Assembly: GCA_964532925.1 (NCBI GenBank) | Contig: CAZHIP010000003.1 | Location: 644-64,643 of the forward strand | From: an uncultured Gammaproteobacteria bacterium | GTDB lineage: Bacteria; Patescibacteriota; Patescibacteriia; GWA2-47-26 | Direction of reading: 5' to 3' | DNA: 64,000 nt | Shown: positions 1 to 8,407 of the stretch, in pieces | Position numbering within the stretch: the first letter of the stretch is position 1 | How the letters are laid out: every line of letters starts with the position of its first letter | Notes under the pieces: model-generated | The model's database searches: none | Told to the model about the DNA's origin: nothing | Seen by the model: the letters and a program-made list of their open reading frames with translations, nothing else | Position numbers and translations under genes: made by a program

Positions 1-1
1 T

Positions 2-355
2 TATGGTTTTTTCATTCTTTATAACGCCCTCGAGTTGCTGGCTACTATTAATAGCAGTTTAGGGATCGCCAATTTTTGGAATGTCAGCCAATTTTTATCA
101 CAAATGTTTATCACTGCGGCTTTGCTAGGACTCGTGTTCGAGTTCCCTCTTCTCTTATCTCTATGCATAACACTCGGGATACTTACCCCCCAACACCTCA
201 AAGAGTATAGGCGTGCCGCGTATTTTTTAGTCGTTTTTATGACCTCTTTACTTCCCCCAACCGATGGTATATCATTGCTAGCGATGGCACTTCCGCTTGT
301 GCTGTTGTACGAAGCGACAATATTATTTAATAAGAAAAAAGTATGTTTGGATTAG
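2..355 (+). CDS. tatC: Twin-arginine translocase subunit TatC, C-terminal part (5' end lies outside the window)
   Basis: Open frame from window edge; hydrophobic TM segments and C-terminal ...LLPPTDGISLLAMALPLVLLYEATILFNKK typical of TatC; stop overlaps the start of a tatA gene. Confidence 0.7.
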   Translation, partial: YGFFILYNALELLATINSSLGIANFWNVSQFLSQMFITAALLGLVFEFPLLLSLCITLGILTPQHLKEYRRAAYFLVVFMTSLLPPTDGISLLAMALPLVLLYEATILFNKKKVCLD

Positions 356-525
356 GCACTAGAGAGTTGGTCATCTTAGCTGCTATTCTTGTTTTGCTTT
401 TTGGAGCAAAAAAGATTCCCGAACTTGCTCGTAGTATTGGAGACGCTATCCGGCACCTCAGGGGTATCTCTTCTGCCGCAGAAGACAAAAACGACACGGT
501 AGACAAGAGCAATAAGGGTAAATAA
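343..525 (+). CDS. tatA: Twin-arginine translocase TatA/TatE family protein (copy 1)
   Basis: 60 aa; MFGLGTRELVILAAILVLLFGAKKIPELARSIGDAIR = single N-terminal TM helix + amphipathic helix, canonical TatA; ATG at 343 overlaps tatC stop. Confidence 0.85.
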   Translation: MFGLGTRELVILAAILVLLFGAKKIPELARSIGDAIRHLRGISSAAEDKNDTVDKSNKGK

Positions 526-585
526 ATCTTACGGGTGGCATAATCAATGCCCTACTCGTAATTAAAAAATTAATTAACAAAAAAT

Positions 586-745
586 ATGTTTGGCTTAGGC
601 ACTAGAGAAATAGTCATCTTGGCGGCTATCCTTGTTTTGCTTTTTGGAGCAAAAAAGATTCCCGAACTTGCTCGTGGTATCGGAGATGCTATCCGGCATA
701 TTAAGAACGGTTTTTCGGACGACAAAAAAGATAAAGCAGAGTAAT
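586..745 (+). CDS. tatA: Twin-arginine translocase TatA/TatE family protein (copy 2, 52 aa, below ORF-track size cutoff)
   Basis: ATG at 586, TAA at 743; product MFGLGTREIVILAAILVLLFGAKKIPELARGIGDAIRHIKNGFSDDKKDKAE, about 85 percent identical to copy 1 over first 40 aa. Confidence 0.75.
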
Positions 746-764
746 TATTGGTGAGATGTAACAA

Positions 765-800
765 AAATCGAGGCGCTATAAGCGCCTCGATTTTTCTCAT
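765..800. terminator. Bidirectional rho-independent terminator hairpin (atcgaggcgc-tata-agcgcctcgat + T-run)
   Basis: Perfect 11-bp inverted repeat followed by TTTTTCT, A-run on other side; sits between convergent tatA2 and lipoprotein gene. Confidence 0.55.
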
Positions 801-878
801 TGTTTTTTCTTATAAAAACAGGACCGCTTTGGGGGGCGATCCTGTGAACGGGTCTTTCTTGGTTATATTGGTGAATGT

Positions 879-1325
879 TTATGACGAAAGATTTACAGTA
901 AGGCTCGAACACACATCGAACCCATCGGTGCGCCCCTCAAGACACAGAAAATGTGCGCCCGGAACGCTTTGCAGGCTAACATCGCCCATAAAGCGATCTC
1001 CGATCTGGCCGAAAGATCCCCCGCCAGGTGCACTTTTCTCGTTGGTGCCACCGCTATTAGCACACATAACAAGACTCACGCCCGTGCGCTGATTCCGAAG
1101 AACCACCTTCACGGGAATCGTGTTGTCGTTCAGGGTTCGTACGCGGACGAGCTGCTGATCGACAAACTCGAACTGCAGCCGCACACCGCAGGGAATATTC
1201 GTAGCGTTGACGATCTGCCCCGGCCCACCAGAAACCGTACTGGCTGGCACCGGCACAGCAATCTCATGACTCTCTTTGCCGCAGGCTAACACACACACCA
1301 AAACCAAAGCTATCAAAGAACGCAT
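879..1325 (-). CDS. Hypothetical secreted lipoprotein
   Basis: 148-aa ORF with strong RBS (aaggagg 7 nt upstream of ATG at 1325); N-terminus MRSLIALVLVCVLACGK = signal peptide with lipobox-like LAC; GC-rich codon usage. Confidence 0.5.
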   Translation of the reverse strand: MRSLIALVLVCVLACGKESHEIAVPVPASTVSGGPGQIVNATNIPCGVRLQFEFVDQQLVRVRTLNDNTIPVKVVLRNQRTGVSLVMCANSGGTNEKSAPGGGSFGQIGDRFMGDVSLQSVPGAHFLCLEGRTDGFDVCSSLTVNLSS

Positions 1326-1555
1326 TTCTTCCTCCTTACGGTGATTACAAACCCGAACAAAAAAGAATAGCCTAACATCGCAGAAAAATCAAGTCTTTTG
1401 CGACTATGGACAGCACTTCCCCGTTTTGCTAGAATTGTTCGCGAAAGACTTCATAGTGCCTGGGTAGCGAAGTGGGTATATGTGCCAGTGACACATACAC
1501 GGGCCTTAAGCCCAGGAAGAGTGCAGTTCCGCCTCACATCAATCGGATCTAGAAT

Positions 1556-1628
1556 GCCTGGGTAGCTCAGTGGTAGAGCGCAGCCCTGAAGAGGCTGGCG
1601 TCGTCAGTTCAATTCTGACCCCAGGCAT
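1556..1628 (+). tRNA. tRNA-Phe (anticodon GAA)
   Basis: Cloverleaf read by eye: acceptor gcctggg/cccaggc, D-arm agctcagtggtagagc, anticodon stem cagcc/ggctg loop cTGAAga, T-arm gtcag-ttcaatt-ctgac, discriminator A. Confidence 0.85.
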
Positions 1629-1876
1629 TGTGGATCTGATTTTTTATATCCCAAAGAGGCTCATGTCGTCAGTTCCCCACCTCCGCTAAAGCTATGGTGG
1701 ACAAGAATTCTGACCCCAGGCACCATGCAGTTTTTTCTTTTTTGCAAACAAAACCCTTTACGAGTTTTCCACAGATAGAAAGTGTTTTCATTTGCGACAC
1801 CATTTTTTTCTGCTATAGTAAGCATAGAACCGTCGCCTCATCGGTTATGAGGTGCAAAAAAAGAGGAGAGATCATT

Positions 1877-3364
1877 ATGCGATCTTGGCAGCGGTTAGTT
1901 CTTTGGCAAATCATTGGCATGGTCAACGGGTGCAGCAATGTCCACTCAGAGACCACATCACCTAATTGCGACGCTGGATCAATCGTGTTTGACGGAGGAA
2001 TGAACACGATTGACGCTGGCCGCACCCCAGATGCGGGATTATCAATTCCGCGTCTGGACGGTGGTGAACAATCACTCTATCGAGCTCAGTGGGGTGTTAC
2101 CGCTCCATTGGCACAACTCGTGAGCGAAATCTACACCGTACCGAGCGGCTGGACGAATCTGACCAACCGACTCGCGACAAGAAACCAGAGCCATCTGCCA
2201 CCACTCCAAGAGCGCTACGTGACCGCATTTGACACACTGGAGTCGTTTACTGAATCCGCAGCAGCTAGTTTTTCTGTAGTCGGAAACACACTGACAACAC
2301 TGCGCCTCCCTCTGGTATGGCCACTATGGGCCAACAACGATGGGTGGGATGACCGCATGGTGACTAGTATTCAAACTCTGCAACAGCATGGGTGGGAAAT
2401 TCGCCCGGAGCTCATGCACAACGAATCTTATCCAGCGGATCTCGATACCGGAAACCCAAATAACTCTGGCTGGGCTCATACGGAGTATGTAGAAAAGTTT
2501 ACTTCATTTGTTAACGCTAGTGTGGACAAATTAAAGCATGTGCTACCTGCAGGAACAATCATGTATCTTGCCGTTGAACCTGAAGCAGTACTGTGGAACG
2601 GATACCTAAACGATGAAGGAAAGTGGCCGCCAGGAGGGACACGCTCCGGGTATGGGTTGGCGCAAGGCCTCATCAACCTACGCAATGCACTTCTTGCTGC
2701 CGTGCCCATTGTTCGACGTGCTGGCTTTCGCGCAGCGTTGGCCGTCAATGTCATGCCAATATACAGAAACACGCCCGATCCGATTGGTATGCCGCTTGCA
2801 GGATACCTGCGCAGTTGGTGGTTGGCAGACCAGTTGATTTTGGGGCCATGCATACAGGAGTCTGAAATGTTTTTATTCGCCTGCACGCGCACAGAACCAC
2901 CGGGACTTGATACTCTAGGAATCACCTTCTATGGCAACGCTGTTGCCCGTAATGAGTCAGTTTCCTTTGGAACAGCAACCATTCCGCCACAGCCGCTTGC
3001 ACTGCTCTCATACGAACTCCAACCAAATGCCACACTATTTCAGGGTATCCTCGCTGACGCCATCGATCGCTACCGCCAACATCCGGTGCGTATAGAGGTT
3101 GCTGAATTTGGATTCTCTGGTGGCGACATGGAGCTAAAGGTGTCTCACCTCATTAATTACAAACGGGCCATGGCATGCAACCAGATACAACACGCAACCA
3201 TGCATACACTCTTTCTTCGCACCGCAGAATTCAGCGCATACGAATGGAATTTTGGCATCATCCGAGATTGCGGCAATGATTATGACTGCACCATAACTCC
3301 CTGGGGCACCCAATTCATGAGAGAAATCTCGTATCCATCGCCGCCAAATCCATGCATTGAATAA
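1877..3364 (+). CDS. Secreted hypothetical protein, possibly a clan GH-A (TIM-barrel) glycoside hydrolase
   Basis: ATG at 1877 preceded by aagaggagag RBS; N-terminal signal/lipobox-like MRSWQRLVLWQIIGMVNGC; candidate acid/base motif MHNESYP (NEP-like) and nucleophile motif VAEFGFSGG (xEFG) spaced about 270 aa apart; GC-rich relative to flanks. Confidence 0.45.
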   Translation: MRSWQRLVLWQIIGMVNGCSNVHSETTSPNCDAGSIVFDGGMNTIDAGRTPDAGLSIPRLDGGEQSLYRAQWGVTAPLAQLVSEIYTVPSGWTNLTNRLATRNQSHLPPLQERYVTAFDTLESFTESAAASFSVVGNTLTTLRLPLVWPLWANNDGWDDRMVTSIQTLQQHGWEIRPELMHNESYPADLDTGNPNNSGWAHTEYVEKFTSFVNASVDKLKHVLPAGTIMYLAVEPEAVLWNGYLNDEGKWPPGGTRSGYGLAQGLINLRNALLAAVPIVRRAGFRAALAVNVMPIYRNTPDPIGMPLAGYLRSWWLADQLILGPCIQESEMFLFACTRTEPPGLDTLGITFYGNAVARNESVSFGTATIPPQPLALLSYELQPNATLFQGILADAIDRYRQHPVRIEVAEFGFSGGDMELKVSHLINYKRAMACNQIQHATMHTLFLRTAEFSAYEWNFGIIRDCGNDYDCTITPWGTQFMREISYPSPPNPCIE

Positions 3365-3493
3365 CCGCTCTTCCCGACCCCCTGCTGGCACGTTCCGCTG
3401 GGGGTCTATTCTTTTTTTTCATTATGCAGTAGTATGGGCGTATTGTTGGGTGATCGCAGATACTCAACTTGAATCCCTTTGAACTACTGGTTG

Positions 3494-3567
3494 CGGGGCG
3501 TAGCCCAGCAGCCTAAGGCGCCTGCTTTGGGAGCAGGAGATCGAGAGTGCGAATCTCTCCGCCCCGA
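3494..3567 (+). tRNA. tRNA-Pro (anticodon TGG)
   Basis: Acceptor cggggcg/cgccccg (C1-G72 as typical for tRNA-Pro), anticodon stem cctgc/gcagg loop tTTGGGa, T-arm gagag-tgcgaat-ctctc, discriminator A. Confidence 0.8.
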
Positions 3568-3584
3568 AACCAGTAATTTAAATA

Positions 3585-3614
3585 AAAAACAGCCCATTGG
3601 GGGCTGTTTTTTAT
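3585..3614 (+). terminator. Rho-independent terminator after tRNA-Pro (aacagccc-attg-ggggctgtt + T6)
   Basis: GC-rich hairpin followed by TTTTTTATT. Confidence 0.65.
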
Positions 3615-3918
3615 TACGCGTCTTCAAAGCAAAACTCTTAACAACGCTAACTATTTGCACAATCATACCTCTTATTGTATTCTCTTGGTGTGTTTTTCGA
3701 TCCGGGGATCCAAAACACCGTGTTCCTTTGGAGGGATGAACCTAGTCGAATGGGCAGACTACGCAAAGCAGCGTCACCCCAACGAACCTCTATGAGGTTG
3801 ATCCATGTAACGCTTGCTCAGGCGAACTGGTTCGTTCATTGCAAGGAGGTTAACCATGGGCGGTCACAATAGCTAAGCTGGAGCACTAGTTTTAGTGGCA
3901 GCCACCGCGACCCGGCCA

Positions 3919-4722
3919 CTATGTTGACTCTTGAGTCGACAGAGTATCCGTCGGGTCGCTCTTTTTTTTCATCTCAACCCCAAACCACGCAAACTCGTAT
4001 AAACCGCGCATAGTATCAGCAAGCTCTTGGCTTTCGATAATTACCACTACCATTTTTGACTTAAACGTAGCCAACGCCACACGTGATCCATAGACAAAGA
4101 TATCTCCCTCAAATTTAAACGGCAGCAAGTTATCGGAAATGTGTCTATTCGTAAGATGCTGGGGATCACGACGTGAATTATCCCCTCTTTTACCAGAAAA
4201 CATGCATCTTGTTTTTATATTATTCTGATCCATCCAAGCCCAGAGCGGCTGTAGCTCATCGGCCGGGACCATACTCCTAATTGCATCGTGGTCACCAAAC
4301 TCATCAAACGTTGCTGGCTTTACTTGCATTACGTCACTGACAAAAGCCTGCACACCCTCCTTCCCTTCAAAAAATTTTACCAGTGGTCGTTCACCGCGCT
4401 GCAACAACTTGAGATCGGGTAACAGCTGTTCCACTTCTTTAAATGTTGCTTCGAGCGTCTTCACGCGGCCACCAACAAAAGAAAGGAGCCGCTCTGGCGA
4501 TTCGGCTGCATAGAGCTTCTTTTTTCCTTTCTGCATGGAACTCATGAGCCCATGAGAAGAAAGCGATTCGATAACCGCATACGTGGTCACGCGCGAGACA
4601 TGTGCTTTGCGTGCCAGATTCTGTACCGAGGCTGGCCCCATCTCAAGAGACAGTAAATAAATAGCGGATTCTGATTCGGTAAATCCGAGCGATTTCAGCA
4701 GCTTGCTCCATTGTTCGACCAT
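3919..4722 (-). CDS. TrmB-family winged-helix transcriptional regulator
   Basis: N-terminus MVEQWSKLLKSLGFTESESAIYLLSLEMGPASVQNLARKAHVSRVTTYAVIESLSSHGLM matches the TrmB HTH pattern (LxxLGLSxxEAxVYLxLLxxG..TaseIAkksgvpRtkVYevLesLekKGLV); start chosen at Met 19 of the listed ORF. Confidence 0.6.
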   Translation of the reverse strand: MVEQWSKLLKSLGFTESESAIYLLSLEMGPASVQNLARKAHVSRVTTYAVIESLSSHGLMSSMQKGKKKLYAAESPERLLSFVGGRVKTLEATFKEVEQLLPDLKLLQRGERPLVKFFEGKEGVQAFVSDVMQVKPATFDEFGDHDAIRSMVPADELQPLWAWMDQNNIKTRCMFSGKRGDNSRRDPQHLTNRHISDNLLPFKFEGDIFVYGSRVALATFKSKMVVVIIESQELADTMRGLYEFAWFGVEMKKKSDPTDTLSTQEST

Positions 4723-4828
4723 ATAAAAACAGCTTAAATAAAATGAAGGGTCAGACCGTATAGCATAACTGTACACTATTACACCGTAAACTTCCAGTCT
4801 TCGCCCTCACCTGCTACACTGTGCCTCT

Positions 4829-5491
4829 ATGGAAGGCCTCTACGGTATTCACAAAGAGAAAGGGCCAACGTCGCATGACATCGTCAATACATTGCGACGA
4901 ATTACCGGTATTCGCAAGATTGGCCACGCTGGAACACTCGACCCTCTTGCCAGTGGCGTGCTCATTGTTGGTATTGGTCGCGCGTCCACGAAACAGCTCG
5001 ATCAAATTGTAAAGTTCGAGAAAGAATACGTTGCAACTATTCATCTCGGCGAATCAAGTACCACCGATGACGCCGAAGGAGAAAAAACACCCAAACCACT
5101 CAACCTACCGCCAACAAAATCGGCCGTTTTAAAAATACTCAAAACTATGGTTGGTGAGCATGCACAAATGCCTCCCAGCTATAGTGCACTCAAAATTAAA
5201 GGTAAGGCAGCCTACCGTATTGCGCGTGAAGGTAAAATCCCCGAACTAAAACCCCGCACAGTGTTTATCAAAAGCATTACCCTTAAAAAATATCACTGGC
5301 CAACAGCATCTATTCAAGTGGTATGCGGACCTGGCACCTATATCCGTGCCATTGCCCGTGATCTGGGATTACAACTTGGCACGGGAGGGTATCTCACCGA
5401 CCTCATTCGTACCCGAATTGGCTCATACAAACTAAAAAATGCACTCACTCTCGACGAATTTGCAGCCAAGGCAAAAGAACACGCCACATGA
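4829..5491 (+). CDS. truB: tRNA pseudouridine(55) synthase TruB
   Basis: GIHKEKGPTSHDIV...GHAGTLDPLASGVLIVGIGRASTK catalytic-Asp motif of TruB; length 220 aa. Confidence 0.9.
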   Translation: MEGLYGIHKEKGPTSHDIVNTLRRITGIRKIGHAGTLDPLASGVLIVGIGRASTKQLDQIVKFEKEYVATIHLGESSTTDDAEGEKTPKPLNLPPTKSAVLKILKTMVGEHAQMPPSYSALKIKGKAAYRIAREGKIPELKPRTVFIKSITLKKYHWPTASIQVVCGPGTYIRAIARDLGLQLGTGGYLTDLIRTRIGSYKLKNALTLDEFAAKAKEHAT

Positions 5492-5595
5492 GCAGACTTT
5501 AGGTAAGAACACCTACCGCGACCAAGCACTTGAAAAAATACCATTCTTCGTGTATACTGGCCGATTCAAGATTAACTCTTGACTAAGGCCCTCTT

Positions 5596-7200
5596 ATGAA
5601 GAAAAAACTCTTAATCGGAATCAGTGTTGCCGCAGTTATTGCTGTTGGCATAGTGGGTATTCGCGCTACCAACACATCAACCCCAACAGAGCTCGTTACA
5701 GTGACTCGCGGAGCCATATCAAGCACCACAAGCATTACGGGCACGGTAGAGGCTGTTTCCAAATCAGACCTCGCCTTTGAACGCTCTGGCAAAATCACCA
5801 CCGCAAACGTACGCATTGGCGATCGTGTTGCTGTGGGACAAGAGCTTGCTGCTATTGATGCGAGTGACTTGCGCGCACAACTAGCACAAACCATCGCCGC
5901 TCGCGACGGGGCCCGTGCACGTCTTTTGCAAATGCAAAAAGGAACGAGGGGCGAGGAGATTGCGATCGCAGAAACCCGCGTTGCAAATGCACGTGCTGAA
6001 CTCGCGAATGCGACCACAAAAGCATCGATTGATCTTGATAACGCCTACGACAAAACAATAGACACACTGTCAGATGCATTTACCAAATCAGAAGATGCGG
6101 TGCGCGTAAAAACATTAGGCATGTTTACGAACTCCAGCTCGACTTCTTACCATCTCAGCTATTCAAGCTGCAATAGCCAGGCACAACTTGATGCAGAAAA
6201 TCTACGATCAGCCGCCGAAACAGAACTTAACCGGTGGCAAAACGATCTGTCTGCACTTACTGTTTCTGCAACCGCAGCTGATTATGATCGCGCCATTACG
6301 AGCATCCGCGCACGCGTGGTGGTCATAAAATCATTCTTACAACGCGCAAACGATACGTTGACCATTGGATGTGCAAACACCGATTCAACAACGTCCACCT
6401 ACCGCACCAATATTGGTACGGCACTTACCAATGTAAATACTGCCGCGACCGCCCTCACCACACTGAGCCAAACCATTGCTTCACAAAAAACAACCAACCA
6501 AAGCCTCCTTACCAGTGCACAGTCCGCGCTCAATAACGCCCAAAACGAACTCACCCTCAAGCGTGCGGGCACCACATCCGAAGACATTGCTGCGCAGGCT
6601 GCTGTCGTAAAAGAATCTGAGGCAAACATATTGAATATCCAGGCACAACTCAATAAAACCATTATTCGCGCACCGTTTGCCGGCATCATTTCGCGCCAAG
6701 ATGCAAAAGTTGGCCAAATTGCCGCGCCAAATATCGTTCTGCTCTCCCTTCTCAGTGACGGGTTGTTGCAAATCACGGCAAATGTCCCAGAGATTAACGC
6801 TTCTCTGGTAGTACTCGGCAACGCCGTAACCATAACGCTTGATGCACTGCCAGGCGAAACATTCACGGGCCATGTGCAATACATTGAACCTGCAGCGACC
6901 GTTGTCGATGGGGTCGCCAACTACAAAACAACTATTACCTTTGACGGTTCTGATGCACGCATCAAGAGTGGATTTACCGCAAACCTCCTCATCGAAACAG
7001 AGCGCAAAGAAAACGCACTACTCATTCCAAACAGCGCACTCAGCGAAAATGAACGCGGTGCATTTGTACAAAAAGATGTCGCTGGGCAAACAGTCGAAAC
7101 CTCTGTCACTGTTGGTATGCGTGACACCAACGGCCGTGTTGAAATTACGAATGGCCTTACCGAAGGCGACCGCGTGGCTATCCCCGCAAAGAAAAAATAA
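5596..7200 (+). CDS. Efflux transporter periplasmic adaptor (HlyD/membrane-fusion protein family, MacA-like)
   Basis: N-terminal TM anchor, long Ala/Arg/Gln-rich coiled-coil (AQLAQTIAARDGARARLLQMQKG...), C-terminal beta-barrel motifs (IIRAPFAGIISRQDAKVGQ, VQKDVAGQTVETSVTVGMRDTNGRVEITNGLTEGDRVAIP). Confidence 0.8.
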   Translation: MKKKLLIGISVAAVIAVGIVGIRATNTSTPTELVTVTRGAISSTTSITGTVEAVSKSDLAFERSGKITTANVRIGDRVAVGQELAAIDASDLRAQLAQTIAARDGARARLLQMQKGTRGEEIAIAETRVANARAELANATTKASIDLDNAYDKTIDTLSDAFTKSEDAVRVKTLGMFTNSSSTSYHLSYSSCNSQAQLDAENLRSAAETELNRWQNDLSALTVSATAADYDRAITSIRARVVVIKSFLQRANDTLTIGCANTDSTTSTYRTNIGTALTNVNTAATALTTLSQTIASQKTTNQSLLTSAQSALNNAQNELTLKRAGTTSEDIAAQAAVVKESEANILNIQAQLNKTIIRAPFAGIISRQDAKVGQIAAPNIVLLSLLSDGLLQITANVPEINASLVVLGNAVTITLDALPGETFTGHVQYIEPAATVVDGVANYKTTITFDGSDARIKSGFTANLLIETERKENALLIPNSALSENERGAFVQKDVAGQTVETSVTVGMRDTNGRVEITNGLTEGDRVAIPAKKK

Positions 7201-7281
7201 TATTCTGCGATCTTCCAGCTTCCCGCTATTTACCTGTGAGATAATAAAAGGCTTGCGGACACCATTTTGTATATACACTAC

Positions 7282-8403
7282 ATGCAAAAAATGCGCATCA
7301 AAATAATTTTTGCCGCTCTCGCACTTGCACTCTTGCCTGCAATTGGACATGCGCAAATAAACGATGAGGCGCGCCCCCTTCCCAATGACGACTACATGGT
7401 AGGGACCGTAACCCGCGTTTTTGGCGCAACGGACCGCGACCGTCCAACAGGCTCCGCGATTGTCCAAAAAGTACGGATTAAAATTACGCGCGGCATTGAA
7501 CAAGGCCAGGAAATAACCGCCGATAATAATGTCCCTTCGAACGATCCTGCCGGATTCTCGCTCGCTGTTGGCGACCGAGTCGTGGTTGCAAAAAACTATG
7601 CCGTTGATGGTGACTTCTATTGCGTAACCGACCTGGCACGCACGCGGCAACTCTGGGTGATTGGTGCATTTTTTGTGATTTTAGCCGTCATGCTCGGCAG
7701 AAAACGTGGTGTGACTTCGCTCGTGGGACTCGCTATTAGTATTGCCGTGATTTTCCTCTTTATTATTCCGCGCATTCTTGCAGGCAATAACCCCGCAGTA
7801 ATTTCAGCTATCGGCGGTGCCATGATTCTTTTCCCATCTCTCTACTTGGCACACGGATTTCGCATTCGGACCACCATTGCCCTCATTGGCACCATGATAA
7901 CGCTAGGAATTGCGATTATTTTGGACGTCATTTTTGTCCGCTATACTAATCTTTTGGGAACCAGCGAAGAAGCGGCTTTCTTCCTCTCCCTAACACCGGA
8001 TACACCGATCGATGTCGTGAGCGTACTCATCGGAGGTATTATTATCGGAACCCTTGGCGTTCTCGACGATATTACTACGTCTCAGGCAGCCATTGTTCAC
8101 GAACTCCATGACGCCAACCCAGCACTGTCTTCTTACGAGCTCTATCGACGCGCGCTTTCGGTTGGCCGCGAACACATCGCCTCACTCATAAACACACTCG
8201 CACTGGCCTATGTGGGTGCTGCGCTTCCCGTACTTCTTCTTTTTTCGGTAAATAAAATCCAGCCGCTCTGGGTAATCATGAACAACCAAGATATAGCAGA
8301 AGAAATCGTTCGTACCGTTGTCGGATCATCTACTCTCATCCTTGCAGTACCAATCACGACTGCGCTCGCTGCGGCTTATTTTGGCAAGCGTGTAAAACAG
8401 TAA
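7282..8403 (+). CDS. YibE/F-family polytopic membrane protein with N-terminal secreted domain
   Basis: Signal peptide MRIKIIFAALALALLPAIGHA, about 110-aa soluble domain, then 6-7 TM helices with conserved GVLDDITTSQAAIV motif; alternative TTG start at 7267. Confidence 0.5.
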   Translation: MQKMRIKIIFAALALALLPAIGHAQINDEARPLPNDDYMVGTVTRVFGATDRDRPTGSAIVQKVRIKITRGIEQGQEITADNNVPSNDPAGFSLAVGDRVVVAKNYAVDGDFYCVTDLARTRQLWVIGAFFVILAVMLGRKRGVTSLVGLAISIAVIFLFIIPRILAGNNPAVISAIGGAMILFPSLYLAHGFRIRTTIALIGTMITLGIAIILDVIFVRYTNLLGTSEEAAFFLSLTPDTPIDVVSVLIGGIIIGTLGVLDDITTSQAAIVHELHDANPALSSYELYRRALSVGREHIASLINTLALAYVGAALPVLLLFSVNKIQPLWVIMNNQDIAEEIVRTVVGSSTLILAVPITTALAAAYFGKRVKQ

Positions 8404-8407
8404 CCAT

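Noticed and set aside
327-800. Minus-strand ORFs 327-512 and 570-800 encoding nearly identical peptides
   Set aside because: They are the antisense shadows of the two tatA paralogues, and their similarity simply mirrors the tatA duplication.
3700-3800. SRP (4.5S) RNA-like word AAGCAGCGUCA with a GCAA tetraloop candidate
   Set aside because: The opposing strand lacks the conserved AGG / GGUCC helix-8 pattern, and no convincing domain IV fold could be drawn. It is left as an unexplained intergenic region, listed among the findings.
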